Shown here one piece after another: positions 39,164-52,278 of a DNA stretch of 64,000 nt; the first letter of the stretch is position 1, and each line of letters starts with the position of its first letter. The translations under genes and the position numbers were made by a program. The notes beneath the pieces were generated by a model. It searched no databases, was not told the origin of the DNA, and was given only the letters and a program-made list of their open reading frames with translations. Source of the stretch: Octopus vulgaris (lineage: Eukaryota); NCBI GenBank assembly GCA_951406725.2, contig OX597819.1:135098001-135162000 (forward strand), given 5' to 3'.

Positions 39164-41432
39164 TCATCATCGTTTAACATCTGTTTTCCATTGGTTGGAC
39201 AGTTTGACTGAGGACTGGCAAGCCAGTAGGCTGCACCAGTCTGATCTGGCAAGGTTTCTACTGCTGGATGCCCTTTCTAATGCCAACCACTCTGAGAGTT
39301 TAGTGGGTACTTTTTACGTGCCACCAGCACAAGGAGCCAGTTAGGCAGTGCTGTCATCAACTCACGCTTGAATGGTGTTTATTACGTGCGACCAGCACAG
39401 GTGCCAGTCAGGTGCCACTGACATCAGCCACAACTACAATTTCCAGTTTGATTTTACTTGACTCAATAGGTTTTCTCAAGCACACTTTTAAATGGGCTGG
39501 TTATGTGACACTGGTATCAGCCATGGCTGTGATCTCACTTTACTCGCCGGGTCTTCTCAATCACAGCATATCTCCAAATGTTTTGGTCTCTTGTCATTGC
39601 CTCTGTGAGTCCCAATGTTCGAAGGTCATCCTTCACCACCTCATCCCATGTTTTCCTGGGTCTCCCTCTTGCACAGGTTCCTTCCACAGTAAGGGTGGGA
39701 TACTCCTTCATGCAGCACATGACCATACCAGCACAGTTGTCTCTTTTGCACATCACATTTAATGCTTCTTTTGTCCAACTTTTCTCTCAAGATGCTTACA
39801 CTCTGTTGAACATGTACATTAACATTACACATCCAGTGGATCATACTAGCTTCATTCCTTTCAAGCCTACGTATGTCCTCAACAGTCATGGCCCATGTTT
39901 CACTGCTGTGTAGCACGACTGTTTGCACACATGCATCATACAGTCTACCTTTCACTCTGAGTGAGAGGCCATTTGTTAGCAGCAGAAGTAGGAACTTTCT
40001 GAACTTTGCTCAGGCTATTCTTATTCTAGTGGCAACATTCTCAGAGCATCCACCCCCGCTACAGATTTGGTCACCTACTTCTAGTTTCTTCCCCTGGCAT
40101 GTGATGAAATCTTGTTTTCTGTACATCTTTGGTGTTTATGGCACCTGAGCATCTGCCACACACAAAAACTATCTTCCCAGTTAACCTTCCTTTGATATTG
40201 TTGCACCTCTTATGTGTCCATAGCTTACACCAGGTACATTTTATGGAGTTTCTACCCACACCTTTTCTACAGGTCAAGCAGAGTCATCTACCTGAAGGGG
40301 TTTGTGATTTGACAGCATTCCTACTTACTAGGACTTTGGTTTTTGCTAGATTGATTCTAAGGCCCTTCGATTCTAATCCTTGCTTCCACACTTGAAACTT
40401 CGTCTCTAGTTCTGGTAGTGACTCGGCTATTAGAGCAAAGTCATCAGCATAGAGGAGCTCACAGGAACAGCCTGTCTTGAATTCCTCTGTTATTGCCTGG
40501 AGGACTGTGATGAATAAGAGGGGGTTGAGGACTGATTCTTGGTGGACTCCTACCTCTACCCAGAATTCTGCACTATACTTGTTGTCAACTCTCACCTTAC
40601 TGACAGCATTCCTGTACATGGCTTGTACAGCTCTTACCAACCAGTTTCCTCATTGACCACCAGAAAAGGGATTGGAGGACCCTATCAAAGGCTTTTTCCA
40701 TGTCAATGAAAGCCTGGTACAGAGGTTTATCTTTGGCTCAGAATTTCTCCTACAGCTGCCTTACCAGAAATATAGCATCAGTGGTGCTTCTCCCTGGCAC
40801 AAACCCAAACTGCATCTCATCTAAACTAACTCTCTCCCTAATTAGTTGGGCTATGACCCTCTCAGTGACTTTCCTCACTTGATACCTTTGTGGTGCTACA
40901 CCAGTCATTGGGTATGACTGCTCTGTGTATCACCTGGTTAACTATACAGGTGACCAGACTGTAGCCTACACCGCCAGATATTTTAAGCATCTTAGTAGTG
41001 ATTCCTGATGGGCCAGGAGCTTTCCTTGTCTTCATGCCCTTAATTGCTTTTTCTACCAAGGTACTTTCAATTCGAATAGCTGGTCCCTCCATTGTGTCAA
41101 CATTTGGCAGGCTCTCTTCCATTCATTCTCTTCATTTAGCAACATTTCATAATGGTTTCTCTAAGTCTCTTCCTTTGCAGCATCATTAAACGCAAACGAG
41201 CCATCATCCATGCGGATACATTTCTCTCCTACGACACTGCGATTTTCTGTCACACAGCCTTGCAATTTGAAACACAAGTCTCTGGTCCTCATGATGCAGA
41301 ACATTGGCAAATGTTTCTTATCTGCTTCTCTTGTGGCTAAGTAAACCTGTCTCTTCGCTTCCCTTCTGGCAATCTGCTACTTTTCTCTGGCACCACCACA
41401 CTTCCAGTCCTTCCATGCCTATTTCTTTTTTC
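39164..41432 (-). mobile_element. RTE LINE, degenerate RT plus 3' UTR
   Basis: KAPGPSGI, GVHQESVLNPLLF, LLYADD, CTWCKLWTHKRC and GRPRKTW. (CAT)n tail. Confidence 0.9.
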
Positions 41433-41592
41433 TAATGGCCTTGTCAACTACATTGTTCCACCACCATGTCACCTTAGGTCTGGTCAGTAGTCCTCAACAG
41501 GGAGGGTAGATATTTACATATACATGTATACGTATACACAAGGTGCCCAAGCTAGATTTGACAGTTTAAATAAAAAGAAAACAAAACACAAT

Positions 41593-41947
41593 ATAGTAAA
41601 ATTTATTTGCCAACATAGCATGGCTGTCCTGACTAGGACTATGTTGCTACTTTTTAACCCCAGGAAAACATCTTTTCCAGCTGGTTTATCACATGATCTG
41701 CTCCCTTAAAGCTATTGGTAGTAACAGCACACCAATGGTTTCTGGATTATTCCCCTTCCTTAGTGCTGGACACTCACCTAGCTAGACACAGCAGCCAGCC
41801 AGCAGTGATCCCCCTTGCTTACAGTATGCCCAGGACAAATCCTGTGTTGATAAACCAACTGGAATAGATATTTTCCTCGGATTAAAAAGTAGTAACATAG
41901 TCCTAGTCAGGACAGCCATGCTATGTTGGCAAATAGACTTTACTATT
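41593..41947. mobile_element. MITE-like foldback element with about 110-bp inverted arms
   Basis: atagtaaa..ttgccaacatagcatggctgtcctgactaggactatgtt..ttccagctggtttatc is mirrored at 41835-41947. Confidence 0.75.
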
Positions 41948-42129
41948 CAGTACGGTTTCTACATAAATCTCAATCAGAGATTTAAAACTAGTTGTTTTTT
42001 TTTCCTTAAAACACAATATCCTATCCAAAAGTAATAGTATTTTTAAAAAAACCCAAAAGATATCAACTAGATTATGACTGGAAGATAACAGTTTACTCGA
42101 AGTAGCCACCCTTAGCACAACTCTGGAAC

Positions 42130-42959
42130 CTGGTGAATGCATTCTTTACTGTGTCCCAGAGAAGATCTTTGAACACCTCCTTGATCTTGGCCAGCAGCTC
42201 AGCGTTGAGGTTTCAGGCAGAATGTCTTTCTCAACCACACCTCCTCACCCATAGTAACCCATTGAGGAAAAAATTAGGAGACCAGAAATTGGAGCTGGTA
42301 AAGTCGTAGAAATTCTCTGACAACCACTTGGAACTCTTTGTGGAGGTATAGCAAGGAGCCAAATCCTGCTGCCACATATACGGCCTCCTTCCAGCAGCTT
42401 AACATAGCTGTGTGAACTGTGCCTTAAGCTCTATTGAGAGATTTGGGAGCAACATGAGGTTAGCCTCGTTGGAGACACAACCGAAGACCAAAACAGTTTT
42501 GGGGAACTTATTTTTCGAGTTACGTGGGACATTACATGGATTGTGGATGTTGTGCAATTGGTCCTGGAAAAAGTTCTTTTCATGACAAAGCAGATTGTTC
42601 TAGGCTCAACAGGGGTTCTCCTCCTAGGCATCAGAATTTATCCCCAACGCCAGCTTCAGTGGTGACTTTCTCTCACCAAAGCCCAGATTTGCTGGCCTTG
42701 GATCTCCTTTATCTTGTCCTGATGGACTTAGCTTTGGAGTTTTTTCTTTCAGCTGTCCATATCACGTTTTACACCCTTGACAATGTTCTCAGAGCATCGA
42801 GCAGCAGACATGAGGGAGGCATTTTGAGATTCACATGGCTTCCAGTCCTTCATGTCAGCTAACTTTTTCTCAACTACAAAATTCATCTTTTTGCTGTCCA
42901 TCAAGCTGTTCTTGAAAAAAAGGAGACAAAATCTCATCATATTTAGCTTGAACACCCTG
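42130..42959 (-). mobile_element. Tc1/mariner-superfamily transposase remnant
   Basis: TA|CAGGGTGTT terminus at 42959. WQQDLAPCYTS..KWLSENFYDF..NFWSP on -. Confidence 0.7.
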
Positions 42960-43535
42960 TATATACATGTGTGTATGTGTAAACTTGCATATCAGGCAAA
43001 CATGGCATGGTTATCTATTTTTTCATAGATTGGGAAAATGTGCAATCTTGATCAATTTTCAAACTTTATTGGGATTCTCATCAGAAGTGCACATCATTTG
43101 ATCAATGCCAGAGAAGCAAGTAGCCAAATCCAGTAGTTTCACAGACCTGGTGCTTCTAATTGGCATGCTATAAACTCCTCACAATATCAAAAGGGATCAC
43201 AATGTAAACCTATGAAGCAGACATACAAACATGGCAAATTTAACGATTTCTCTGTTTATAGTAAAATTGAGGAACAGCCTCAACGTATAGGTTTAGTTTA
43301 CTAAGAATCACCATCTCCTTTGTGAGAGGAATTTCTTTGTTGTATAAATAGTTTTTTTTTAATTTCTAGCTTTGTGGTTATAAGTTAGGGTTAAGCAGGT
43401 TTGACATATTACACTAAAGTTTGCTCATACTGCATGTCGATACCCAGAAGATAGAACATGTTTTTGTATTTATGGTGATTACGTATATGAATATTGCTTG
43501 ATTGACTTCATGCTATATATTTTTTTTTTTTTACC

Positions 43536-44295
43536 TGCTAGGACTTTGGTCTTTGCTAAATTAACTCTAAGCCCTTTTGATTCCATGCCCAAAATTTCTT
43601 CTCTAGTTCTGGTAGTGACTCAGCAGTAAGAATATGGCCATTGGCATATAGTAACTCACTCTTATAGCCTGGAGAACTAGGATAAACAAGAGGGGATTGA
43701 GAACTGATCTCTGGTGGACTCCTACTTCCTTGCTGAACTCATTGTCAACTTCCACCTTACTGACAGCATCCCTGTACATGATTTTTACAGCTCTCACTAA
43801 CCACTCATCTATCCCCAACTTCCACCTGTCAAAGACTTTCTCTATGTCAACAAGAGCCAAATAGAAGTTTAGTTTTGGTTAAATACTTCTCCTGCAGTTG
43901 CCCTTACCAGCAATATAGCATCAGTAGTACTTTTTCCTGGCACGAAACCAAACTGCTCTCTTCCTAACTGAGTTATGACCAGTTCTGTAACTTTCATCAC
44001 CTGGTCCAGCAATTTGATGCTTCTGTAATGATTTCTAAGGCATCACATGTACCTTTGTAGCAGTTGACTATGGTGCTGCTACACCAGTCATTGGGTATGA
44101 CTCCCTCATGGACAACATGATTAACCATACAGGTAACTAGGTCATCTGCCTGATGTTTTAAGCATCTCAGCAGTGATTCCTAGTAGACCGAGGGGACTTT
44201 CTCAGCCTTCATATCCTTAACTGCTTTATCTACTGAGTGATTTGGATTGTCAGTTCTTCTGTTGGGCCCATGTTAGGCAGGCTCTCCTCCCATGA
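43536..44295 (-). mobile_element. RTE RT fragment
   Basis: VDIEKVFDR and VGVHQRSVLNPLLF. Confidence 0.8.
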
Positions 44296-44387
44296 GAAAC
44301 TCTGAGTGGCAACTCGTGCAAACTCAGCTTTCAGTAAATGATTTACATATATCTCACCATCATCATCATTTTAATATCCATTTTTCT

Positions 44388-44603
44388 ATAAGGTGGTGAG
44401 CTGGCTGAAACGTTAGCACACTGGGCAAAATGCTTGGCGGTATTTCATCCGTCTTTATGTTCTGAGTTCAAATTCTGCTGAGGTTGACTTTGCCTTTCAT
44501 CTTTTCAGGGTCTATAAATTAAGTACCAGTTTCGTACTGGGGTTGGTGTAATTGACCGGCCCCCTCCCCCAAAATTTTGAGCCTTGTGCCTAGAGTAGAA
44601 AAG
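44388..44603 (+). mobile_element. tRNA-derived SINE with 15-bp target-site duplication
   Basis: B-box gagttcaaattc and central gcctttcatc..ggtc.ataaattaagtaccag domain. aatatccatttttct is duplicated at 44373-44387 and 44604-44618. Confidence 0.85.
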
Positions 44604-44991
44604 AATATCCATTTTTCTCTGTTTGCAAGAGTCAGACAGATTTTCTAAAGCCATACGCCCTTTCTGTTTCCATGTGAGATAGTATTTGCTCTAGGTTGGT
44701 CATGTCATAGAAAACAAGAAACAAATGATGGTGATGCTCTTTTACTACTATCACAGGATGTCATGAGAATGAGACAAACACGCACACATATCACCATCAT
44801 TCTTTTAATGTCTGGTTTCCAGACTTGCATGGATTGAACAGAATTTGTTGCGGCAGGTTTTTGACTAACCTTCACCTGTTTCCATTAAATAATGTTTCTC
44901 CCGAAGATTGGAAACAAATACCGTTTGCATGATAGTAATACTCACTTTACCACTATTACATGAACTCAAGGCAAGGAGATAGTAACAGGCT

Positions 44992-45045
<54 letters not shown>

Positions 45046-45416
45046 AATAATGATGGAAAATATACATGCCATGCTTGACTGCTAAACCCACAAGTTTTTT
45101 AATTCTCTCTTATTCCTTTCTGTTTAAGAGCGTAAGCTCAAAATGCAAAAGACTTTTTCACTTTCCTGAGCATCAAACTAATACACCTGTCTTCATTTTA
45201 CCATAAATTACAACTATATATATATAACCTCATCATCATCATTATTTAACGTGTGCTTTCCATGCTGGCATGGGTTAGACGGTTTAACTGGAGCTGGTAA
45301 GCCAGTTCCAGCCTGATTTGGCATGGTTTCTACAGCTGGATGCTCTTGCTAATGCCAACCACTCCAAGAGTGGGTTTTACATGCCATATATATAATATAT
45401 ACAAAAAACAAAAGAT

Positions 45417-45748
45417 GAAAATATTCAAAAGATCAACATTCGTGCATAAGCATATGATGATGATGATGATGATATTTATGTATTTACAGAATAGGCTCAC
45501 GTGCAGTACAAAACATACAGAAAAGTAAGTGGAGCGGGCATCGTATTTCAGGCCTGACAGCTGTTTCTGGGGCTTGCAATTAATATTGGGAGATGCCAAC
45601 ATTACATAATATTTCTGAGCTTCCAGAAACAGCTGTCGGACCTGAAATACCATGCCCGCTCCACTTAGTTTTCTGTGTTTTGTAAATCTGTTCTGTAAAT
45701 ATATATCTATATGCTTATACATGAAGGCTCGTCTTTTGAATATTTTCA
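45417..45748. repeat. Palindrome, Penelope pLTR-like
   Basis: 45417-45570 mirrors about 45622-45748. Contains gaaacagctgtc in both orientations. Confidence 0.75.
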
Positions 45749-45914
45749 GTTTTTAATTCTCTCTCTCTAAATAATATATATATATATATATATATTTACA
45801 TGTATATACATATATATCAAGCCCAAGTGTGTTTATTTGCATCATTATCTCATATCAGTTCACATTTGAGCTCTACAACATGTTTTCTGTATTGAGCACC
45901 TCTGGAACATACCC

Positions 45915-47142
45915 AGACTCTCTGTCCCCTTTTATTTATCATGGGCCTCCAAGCTGTAACTCAGGGCTATAAAACTGGCTGTGCCCGAGAGTTCTTCTAT
46001 GCTGATGACCTTGTTCTTATTGCTGAATCACAATCAGGACAAGAGAAGAAATTTCAGGTATGGAAGCAAGATCTGAAATCAAAGAGTCCAAGAGTAGCAA
46101 AGACCAAAGTATTGATAAGTAGGAAAACAGACAAATTGCAGGTACCTTCAAGGAGATGACCCTGCTTGATGACAAGATGTTGGGAGAAACTCCATAAGGT
46201 GTACCCAGTGCAAGCTATGGACATAGAAGAGATGCAGCAGTATCACTGGACTGGCAGATGTACAGGTACATTAAACACCAGAAATGTACCAAATATAGAC
46301 TCTCTCGTATGCCTGAGAGGATCCCTAGAAGTAGTAGACAGCTTCTGTTACTTAGGTAACCAAGTTAGTAGCAGAAGTGGTTGTTCTGAAAGCAAAGCTG
46401 CTAGAATAAGAATAGGCTGGGTGAAGTTCAGAGAGTTAATACCTCTGTTAGTAATGAAAGGCCTCTCTCTGAGTGAAAGGTAGATTGTACGATGCCTGTG
46501 TACAGACAGTTATGTTACATGGCTGTGACTACTTACTGGGAATATGCAAAGACTTGAAAGAAATGAAGCCAGAATGCTTCACTGGCTGGGTAGTGTCAGT
46601 GTGCATATACAACAGAGTGTAAGTGATCTGATAAAAAAAAAATGGGTATACATAGCATCATATGTAAGCTGTGCTGGTATGGTCATGTGTATGAATGAGG
46701 ACAATTGCATCAAGAGGTGCTGATCTCTAATTGTAGAAGTAGACCTAGAAAGACATAGCACGAAGTGTTGAGAAAGGATCTACAAGTTTTGGGACTCACA
46801 GAGGGGATGACAGGGGACTGACACTCCTGGCAGGTTGCTGTGCTTAAAAAGACATGTCAAGCTATGTAAAAGCATGGTTGTCCTTGCATACAGACTCATC
46901 TTTTGCTGCCCTCCCCAGCTGAGCATTCCTAATCTTGCAGGCACCATGTAAAAAGCACCACCGTACTAGTGTTGCATTAAAGCACTCATTACACTCTGTA
47001 AAGTGGTTGCGACCAGGAAGGGCATCTGACCATAGAAACCGTGCCACAACAGACATGGAGCCTGAACAGCCCTTCAGCTTCTGTCAAAACCATCCAACCC
47101 ATACCAGCATGGAAAACAGATGTTAAATGATGATGATGATGA
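45915..47142 (+). mobile_element. RTE LINE 3' portion
   Basis: FYADDLVLIAES, VVDSFCYLG and RIRIGWVKFREL. (GAT)n tail. Confidence 0.85.
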
Positions 47143-47159
47143 CTTTATATATATATACA

Positions 47160-47312
47160 AATACAACAGGCTTCTTTCAGTTTCTAAATCCATTTCTAAA
47201 GCTTTGTTCGACCCGGGGCTGTAGAAGACACTTGCCCAAGGCACCATGCAGAAAGAGTGAATCTGAAACCATGTGGTTGGGGAGAAATCTTACCACACAG
47301 CCATGCCTGCAC
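47160..47312 (-). mobile_element. tRNA-derived SINE 5' part
   Basis: Reverse complement of the 11344 family head (gcaggcatggctgtgtggtaag...ccttgggcaagtgtcttc). Confidence 0.75.
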
Positions 47313-47360
47313 TTAAATACACAAACACAAGCTCATTCACAAAAACACTGCTTTTCAATG

Positions 47361-47366
47361 TTTATT
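47361..47366 (-). promoter_or_regulatory. Candidate VPS72 polyadenylation signal AATAAA
   Basis: tttatt on + about 120 nt downstream of the VPS72 stop codon. Confidence 0.45.
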
Positions 47367-47488
47367 TGTAAAAAATTGTAAGAGTTCTGGAAAGACACTG
47401 AAGGAAGTGTCTAATTCATTCTTGTATGTTTGTATGAGAGAATCCCCTTCCATCACAGATAACATTAACAATTGTCTGTGTAGAATTT

Positions 47489-47534
47489 CTAACTAGTTGC
47501 TGATGCTAAAAGTGTGGTTGTGTTGTGAGCCATA

Positions 47535-47567
<33 letters not shown>

Positions 47568-47927
47568 TTCTGTTGGTTGCTACTTCGAGACTTGCGCTTC
47601 AGCTCAACAGGCTGTTCTTGTTGGATGACAAGTGCTTCCCTCAGTACCTTGAAAGCTGCTGTTGTTGCATAGGGTGTCTGTGTGATAGGATCAAAGTATC
47701 TGGCTGGTTGTCGTGTGACGGGACACAGAGTTCTAGATGATGCGGATGCTGGTTTAGCTCGTGTTTGTGGAAAATATTCCCGAAATGTTTTATCATCTGT
47801 AAACGTAATGAAAGTCCGAGAACACTTTGGACCAGATACTTGCTTTGAATGTTTGCTCTTCTCTGGCGATTTGGAAGGGTCGTCATTTTCACCTTTCGTT
47901 TCAGTTTTCAATAATATGGAATCAACA
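47489..47927 (-). CDS. VPS72: VPS72/YL1 last coding exon (YL1-C domain, poly-Ser tail)
   Basis: Acceptor ttttttgaacag|. Contains CSRTFITF and CPVTRQPARYFDPITQTPYATTAAFKVLRE (YL1 C-terminal domain). TAG stop at 47491-47489. Confidence 0.93.
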
Positions 47928-48880
47928 CTGTTCAAAAAAGAAAAGAAAAAAAGGCAATGATATTCTGTAGATTTTCTTTCAATGGAATGGCTATCAACAT
48001 CATCAAATAGAACTTTGCAAAGCCAACGAGGTAACTGCCAGAGAATTCTAATCACTTCACCTATCCAAACTAGCATTGAACTCTTTTCCAACTGCCTTAA
48101 ATGATCCACCACCAACTTAGTAAAGCTAAATGGCTTTCAAATTATGCAACATGCTAGAATAAAGGGTCACATTGAAAATCACAACACATTTCTCTAATTT
48201 GATGATGATAGAAACACTGACAGTCAAATGCACATCATTTATTTGACTGAGATGCTGTAGTTTTGATTCTTTAGAATTTGTGAGACCATTGTTGAGTAGC
48301 ATATCAAATCCTGTCATTTTCTCTAAAACTTAGTGAACCTTTACTATATTATCTAAGATTTCTTTTTTTGATATGATCTGAGAAGTGGTTGGCTATTATT
48401 TCTAGCAGCTTGAGCAATTATGTGGAAGTTACTGTGATGGATTGTATTATACAATAGGACATTGCTGTTGTTTAATCTCAGCTCTGGTCTAGTCAAGGAA
48501 ACCTATGATGAAAATTGTTCCAGCCATGACCAACCAAGTGTATTTATGACCGATTATCTTCCAATGTGCCTGGGTTTTTGGTCTTCTGAAGTATTGCTGG
48601 TGTATCAAGTTGCATGCAGTTTATTTAACACGAACTCAGCTACAAGAACTCTTGAAGTGCAGATGGCTCAGTTGTGCTTTTAACAAAGCTTCTCTCTAGT
48701 TGTCTTCATTTTTTCTTTTCAGCCTTCCTCATATCAATTCCAAATTTCTTTTAAGTCTTATTTATCTAACCTTTTCTTCATTCTAATTTCTACTCTACTA
48801 ATTCTTGAATAACTTCTATCTCCCCTTTTTGATCCTGTTTGCCTGATTGAATGAATAAACTGCCCACCCCCCCACATGCT

Positions 48881-49070
48881 TCATCATCATCATCATCATC
48901 GTTTAGCGTCCGCTTTCCATGCTAGCATGGGTTGGACAGTTCAACTGGGGTCTGGGAAGCCAGAAGGCTGCACCAGGCTCCAGTCTGATCTGGCAGTGTT
49001 TCTACAGCTGGATGCCCTTCCTAACGCCAACCACTCCGTGAGTGTAGTGGGTGCTTTTTACGTGCCACCT
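48881..49070 (-). mobile_element. Young RTE 3' terminal copy
   Basis: Nearly identical to 28075-28262. Confidence 0.85.
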
Positions 49071-49251
49071 GCTTCATATTTAATTAATAGTAGAGACACT
49101 ATCCATGTAAAAATCATCCCATGAATAACTTCCGTTTCTGTTGTAATCTCACTTATTACCATTACATATCATCTTTATTATTTTATGTCGACCGTTATAC
49201 AGTGATTTCTCTTTAAACCATCCACCAATAAAGCTACAAAAACCTTCATAC

Positions 49252-49417
49252 CCTGAGACATCTTCTACGTTAATTTCTGGTTCATTATTGTGTAACGACT
49301 GAGGCAATTCTTCAATCAAAGGCATAGTCACAGACTGGTAGCGAACCAAAGCTCCTTTGTAAGTAGTTTTTTGAACTCGACACTTTTTCTTCTCAGATTC
49401 CAGTCTTTGGTATGTTT
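49252..49417 (-). CDS. VPS72: VPS72 exon
   Basis: ctcttgtag| and |gtatga. ETYQRLESEKKK...VRYQSVTMPL resembles VPS72 ETYERLEADKKK...ITYHSVTVPL. Phases 1/2 fit the neighbouring exons. Confidence 0.92.
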
Positions 49418-50365
49418 CTACAAGAGAAAGGAAATAAATCTATTCCAAGTCATCATCTTTGGTTTATTTATAGCAAGCCCTAGAAAAAGGGATTTTAAAC
49501 CACGAAAATTTACATTCAAATAATAAAAATAAAATATCAAGTCTTGTACACATTAAAAATAATGATATACTTAGTATATAAATGTGACAAAATATGCAAA
49601 TATCATTAGAAAATATGATACCAAGTACAATTTGATTTCAAGTAAGAATGATACTAAGCTTGGAAATTTAATAAACAGTCACGGAAATATAAGAATTCAG
49701 AAATGACCTTGCAATGCTCGAGTGTAAATTGCATGTTGGAGGAGAGAGAATAGAAGACAAACTGAATTAAAATGACTTCTGCCATGAAATACTCAAGTCT
49801 GATATCAACATAAATATCCATGCGTAACAGACAAAACACATGAACAGAAGAGGCATTGGTGTTGTTATCATCATTGCTGCCATTTAACATCCCATTTTGC
49901 ACGTTGGCATCGATTGGAAGGTTTGACAAGGACTGCCTTTTTTTATGACTAGATGCCCTTCCTAACACCAACCACTTTACATTGTGGACTGGATGCACTA
50001 GCACATTGGTGGTGGTGGTGGGGGGTTCACCAAGACAAAGATCTTTTGCGTGCGTGTGTTTGGGGGCATTGGAGGAGTGGTCTTGTGCCAGGCGATGAGA
50101 GGTTAGAGTGTGACCAAGGGATAGAAACAGATGTGTTGCTGTAGAGGAGATACATGGTTACCCAGTCAGAGGGAGAAAGTGTGAGATAGATGGTGGTGAA
50201 GTGCCAGGGTATACCCTCAAGGTACAGTGATCAGAATATAAATGGGGTAGCAGAGTATCACCCACAAAAGATTTTATTCTACACCAAGAACATAATGTAC
50301 AGAAAATATGTCATTTAATGCAAGATGTGACCATTCTACCTTTGTGGGTGAAAGAATTTCATTAC

Positions 50366-50560
50366 CTAAGGACTTGATATTATATTCTTCGGTCAGCTTC
50401 GCCTCCTCCAGCAACTCTGACTGTGTCAGACGTCGCACCTCGGTGACATTTCTTTTGGCTGCTATTTCTTTCATCATCTTAACACGGACTTCCCGTTCCT
50501 TTTCTCGACGTGCAGTTGCCTGGGACTTTTCTGCAGTTGATTGACGAAGAGATTTTCTTT
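50366..50560 (-). CDS. VPS72: VPS72 exon
   Basis: ttatttcag| and |gtaatg. RKSLRQST...LTQSELLEEAKLTEEYNIKSL is the conserved YL1 motif (LTQEELLREAKITEELNLRSL). The 5' boundary could shift by 4 nt (see findings). Confidence 0.92.
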
Positions 50561-50591
50561 CTGAAATAAGGACAGAGAGAGACCAACAATA

Positions 50592-52255
50592 ATCATCATC
50601 ATTGAACATGTTTTCCATTAGTTGGACAGTTTGACAGGAGCTGCGCAAGCCCCAATTGTCTGTCTCCACCACTGAATGCCCTTCCTAACACCAACCGCTT
50701 CACAGAGTGCTCCACTGGATGCTTCTTACATAGCACTGGCAGTGGTGCTTTATTCGTGGCAGTGGCAAGAGTACTTTCTACATGACACTGGCATGGGTGC
50801 CTTTTCGTGTGGCACTGAAACAGGTACTTTTTATGTGGCACTTGCAAGCCAAGGACCTCTTGGCTGAGAGAGGGAGGTGGAAAATGACCTTAAAAGTATA
50901 CCTGTATATATGGATGACCACAATTTTACTTAGCAGGACATGTCTTCTCAAGCAGAGCAAATTGCCAGAACCTCTCACCCCCTTGTCATCTCTATGAGGC
51001 TCAACATCTGAAGATCCTTTCTCACTACTTTATTCCATGTCTTCCTCGGTCAACTCCTTCCAGAGGTTCCTTCCACAATTAAAGATTGGTACTTCTTTAT
51101 GCAGCTATCATTCATACACATCACATGGCCACACTAGCACAGTCTTCTCTTGCACACAGCATTTCATGCCTCTTACACCTGATTTCTTCTCTCAAATTAT
51201 TTACACTCTGTTGTACTTGCACACTGATATTACCCATCCAGTAGAACATGCTGGCTTCATTTCTTTCAATCCTTCACAGATCCTCTCCATAGTCATAGTT
51301 CACGTTTTACTGCCACGTAGCATAGCTGTATGTACAGAGAGATCTCTTACAATCTGTCTTTCACTCCCCTTTACTACCAACAAACAGAATTTTCTCTCAA
51401 TTCTGCTCAGTCTGTTCTTGTTCTAGTAACTATGCTTTCAGAACTTCTTGTTCTACTGCTAACTTGGTCGAATAGTTAACAGAAGCTATCTACTACTCCT
51501 AAGGATCCACCAGACATTTCAATATATCTATTCCCTGTACATTCTTAGTGGTTACTGTACACACACAAAGACTACTTTCTCTCTTAACCTTCCTATGAGA
51601 CCACTGCACCTCTTCTGTCCATAGCTTGCACTGGATACACCCTGTAGAGTTTTTACCAACACCTTTCTACTTACGAAGTAGGGGCATCTCCATAAAGGTT
51701 ATTTGTGATTTGTCTTTTTTTCAACTTACTAGGACTTTGGTCTTTGCTAAATTAACTCTACAGCCCTTTGATTCCAGATATTGCTCCTAAACCTGAAATT
51801 TCCTCTCTAACACTAGTAGAGATTCAGTTATAAGATCAAGGTCATCAGTGTAGAGTAGCTTAAAAGGGCAGCCAGTCTTAAATTCCATTGTTATGGCCTG
51901 TCTATGATTAACAAGGAGCTGAGAACCAATCCTTGGTTAACTACACACTAAATTCATTGCTATCCTCATTGTCAACTTTTGTCTTACTGACAATGTTCCT
52001 GTACATGGCTTGTACACCTCTTGTCAACTACTCTTCTATCCCTAGCTTCTGCATTGAATACCAGATGTCAATGAAAGCCAAGTGCAGAGGTTTATTCTTG
52101 GCTAAATGTGCTTCTCTTGCAGTTGCCTTACCAGGAAGATAACGTCAGTAGTGCTTTTCCCTGGTACAAAGTCAAACTGCATCTCATTCAGACTCTCTTC
52201 CGAATTAGTTGAACTATGACCCTCTCTTTAATTTTCATCACCTGGTTCAGCAATC
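50592..52255 (-). mobile_element. Old RTE copy
   Basis: Decayed RT and 3' UTR, colinear with 39164-40860. Confidence 0.75.
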
Positions 52256-52278
52256 TGAATTATATAAATATATATATA

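Noticed and set aside
38814-47489. Functional coupling or antisense overlap of MNS1 and VPS72
   Set aside because: The stop codons are about 8.7 kb apart with repeats between, and VPS72 has a nearby AATAAA. No sequence evidence of overlap.
47928-48115. N-terminal extension of ORF 47489-48115
   Set aside because: It is intronic, upstream of a clear polypyrimidine-CAG acceptor that joins in phase with the 49252 exon.
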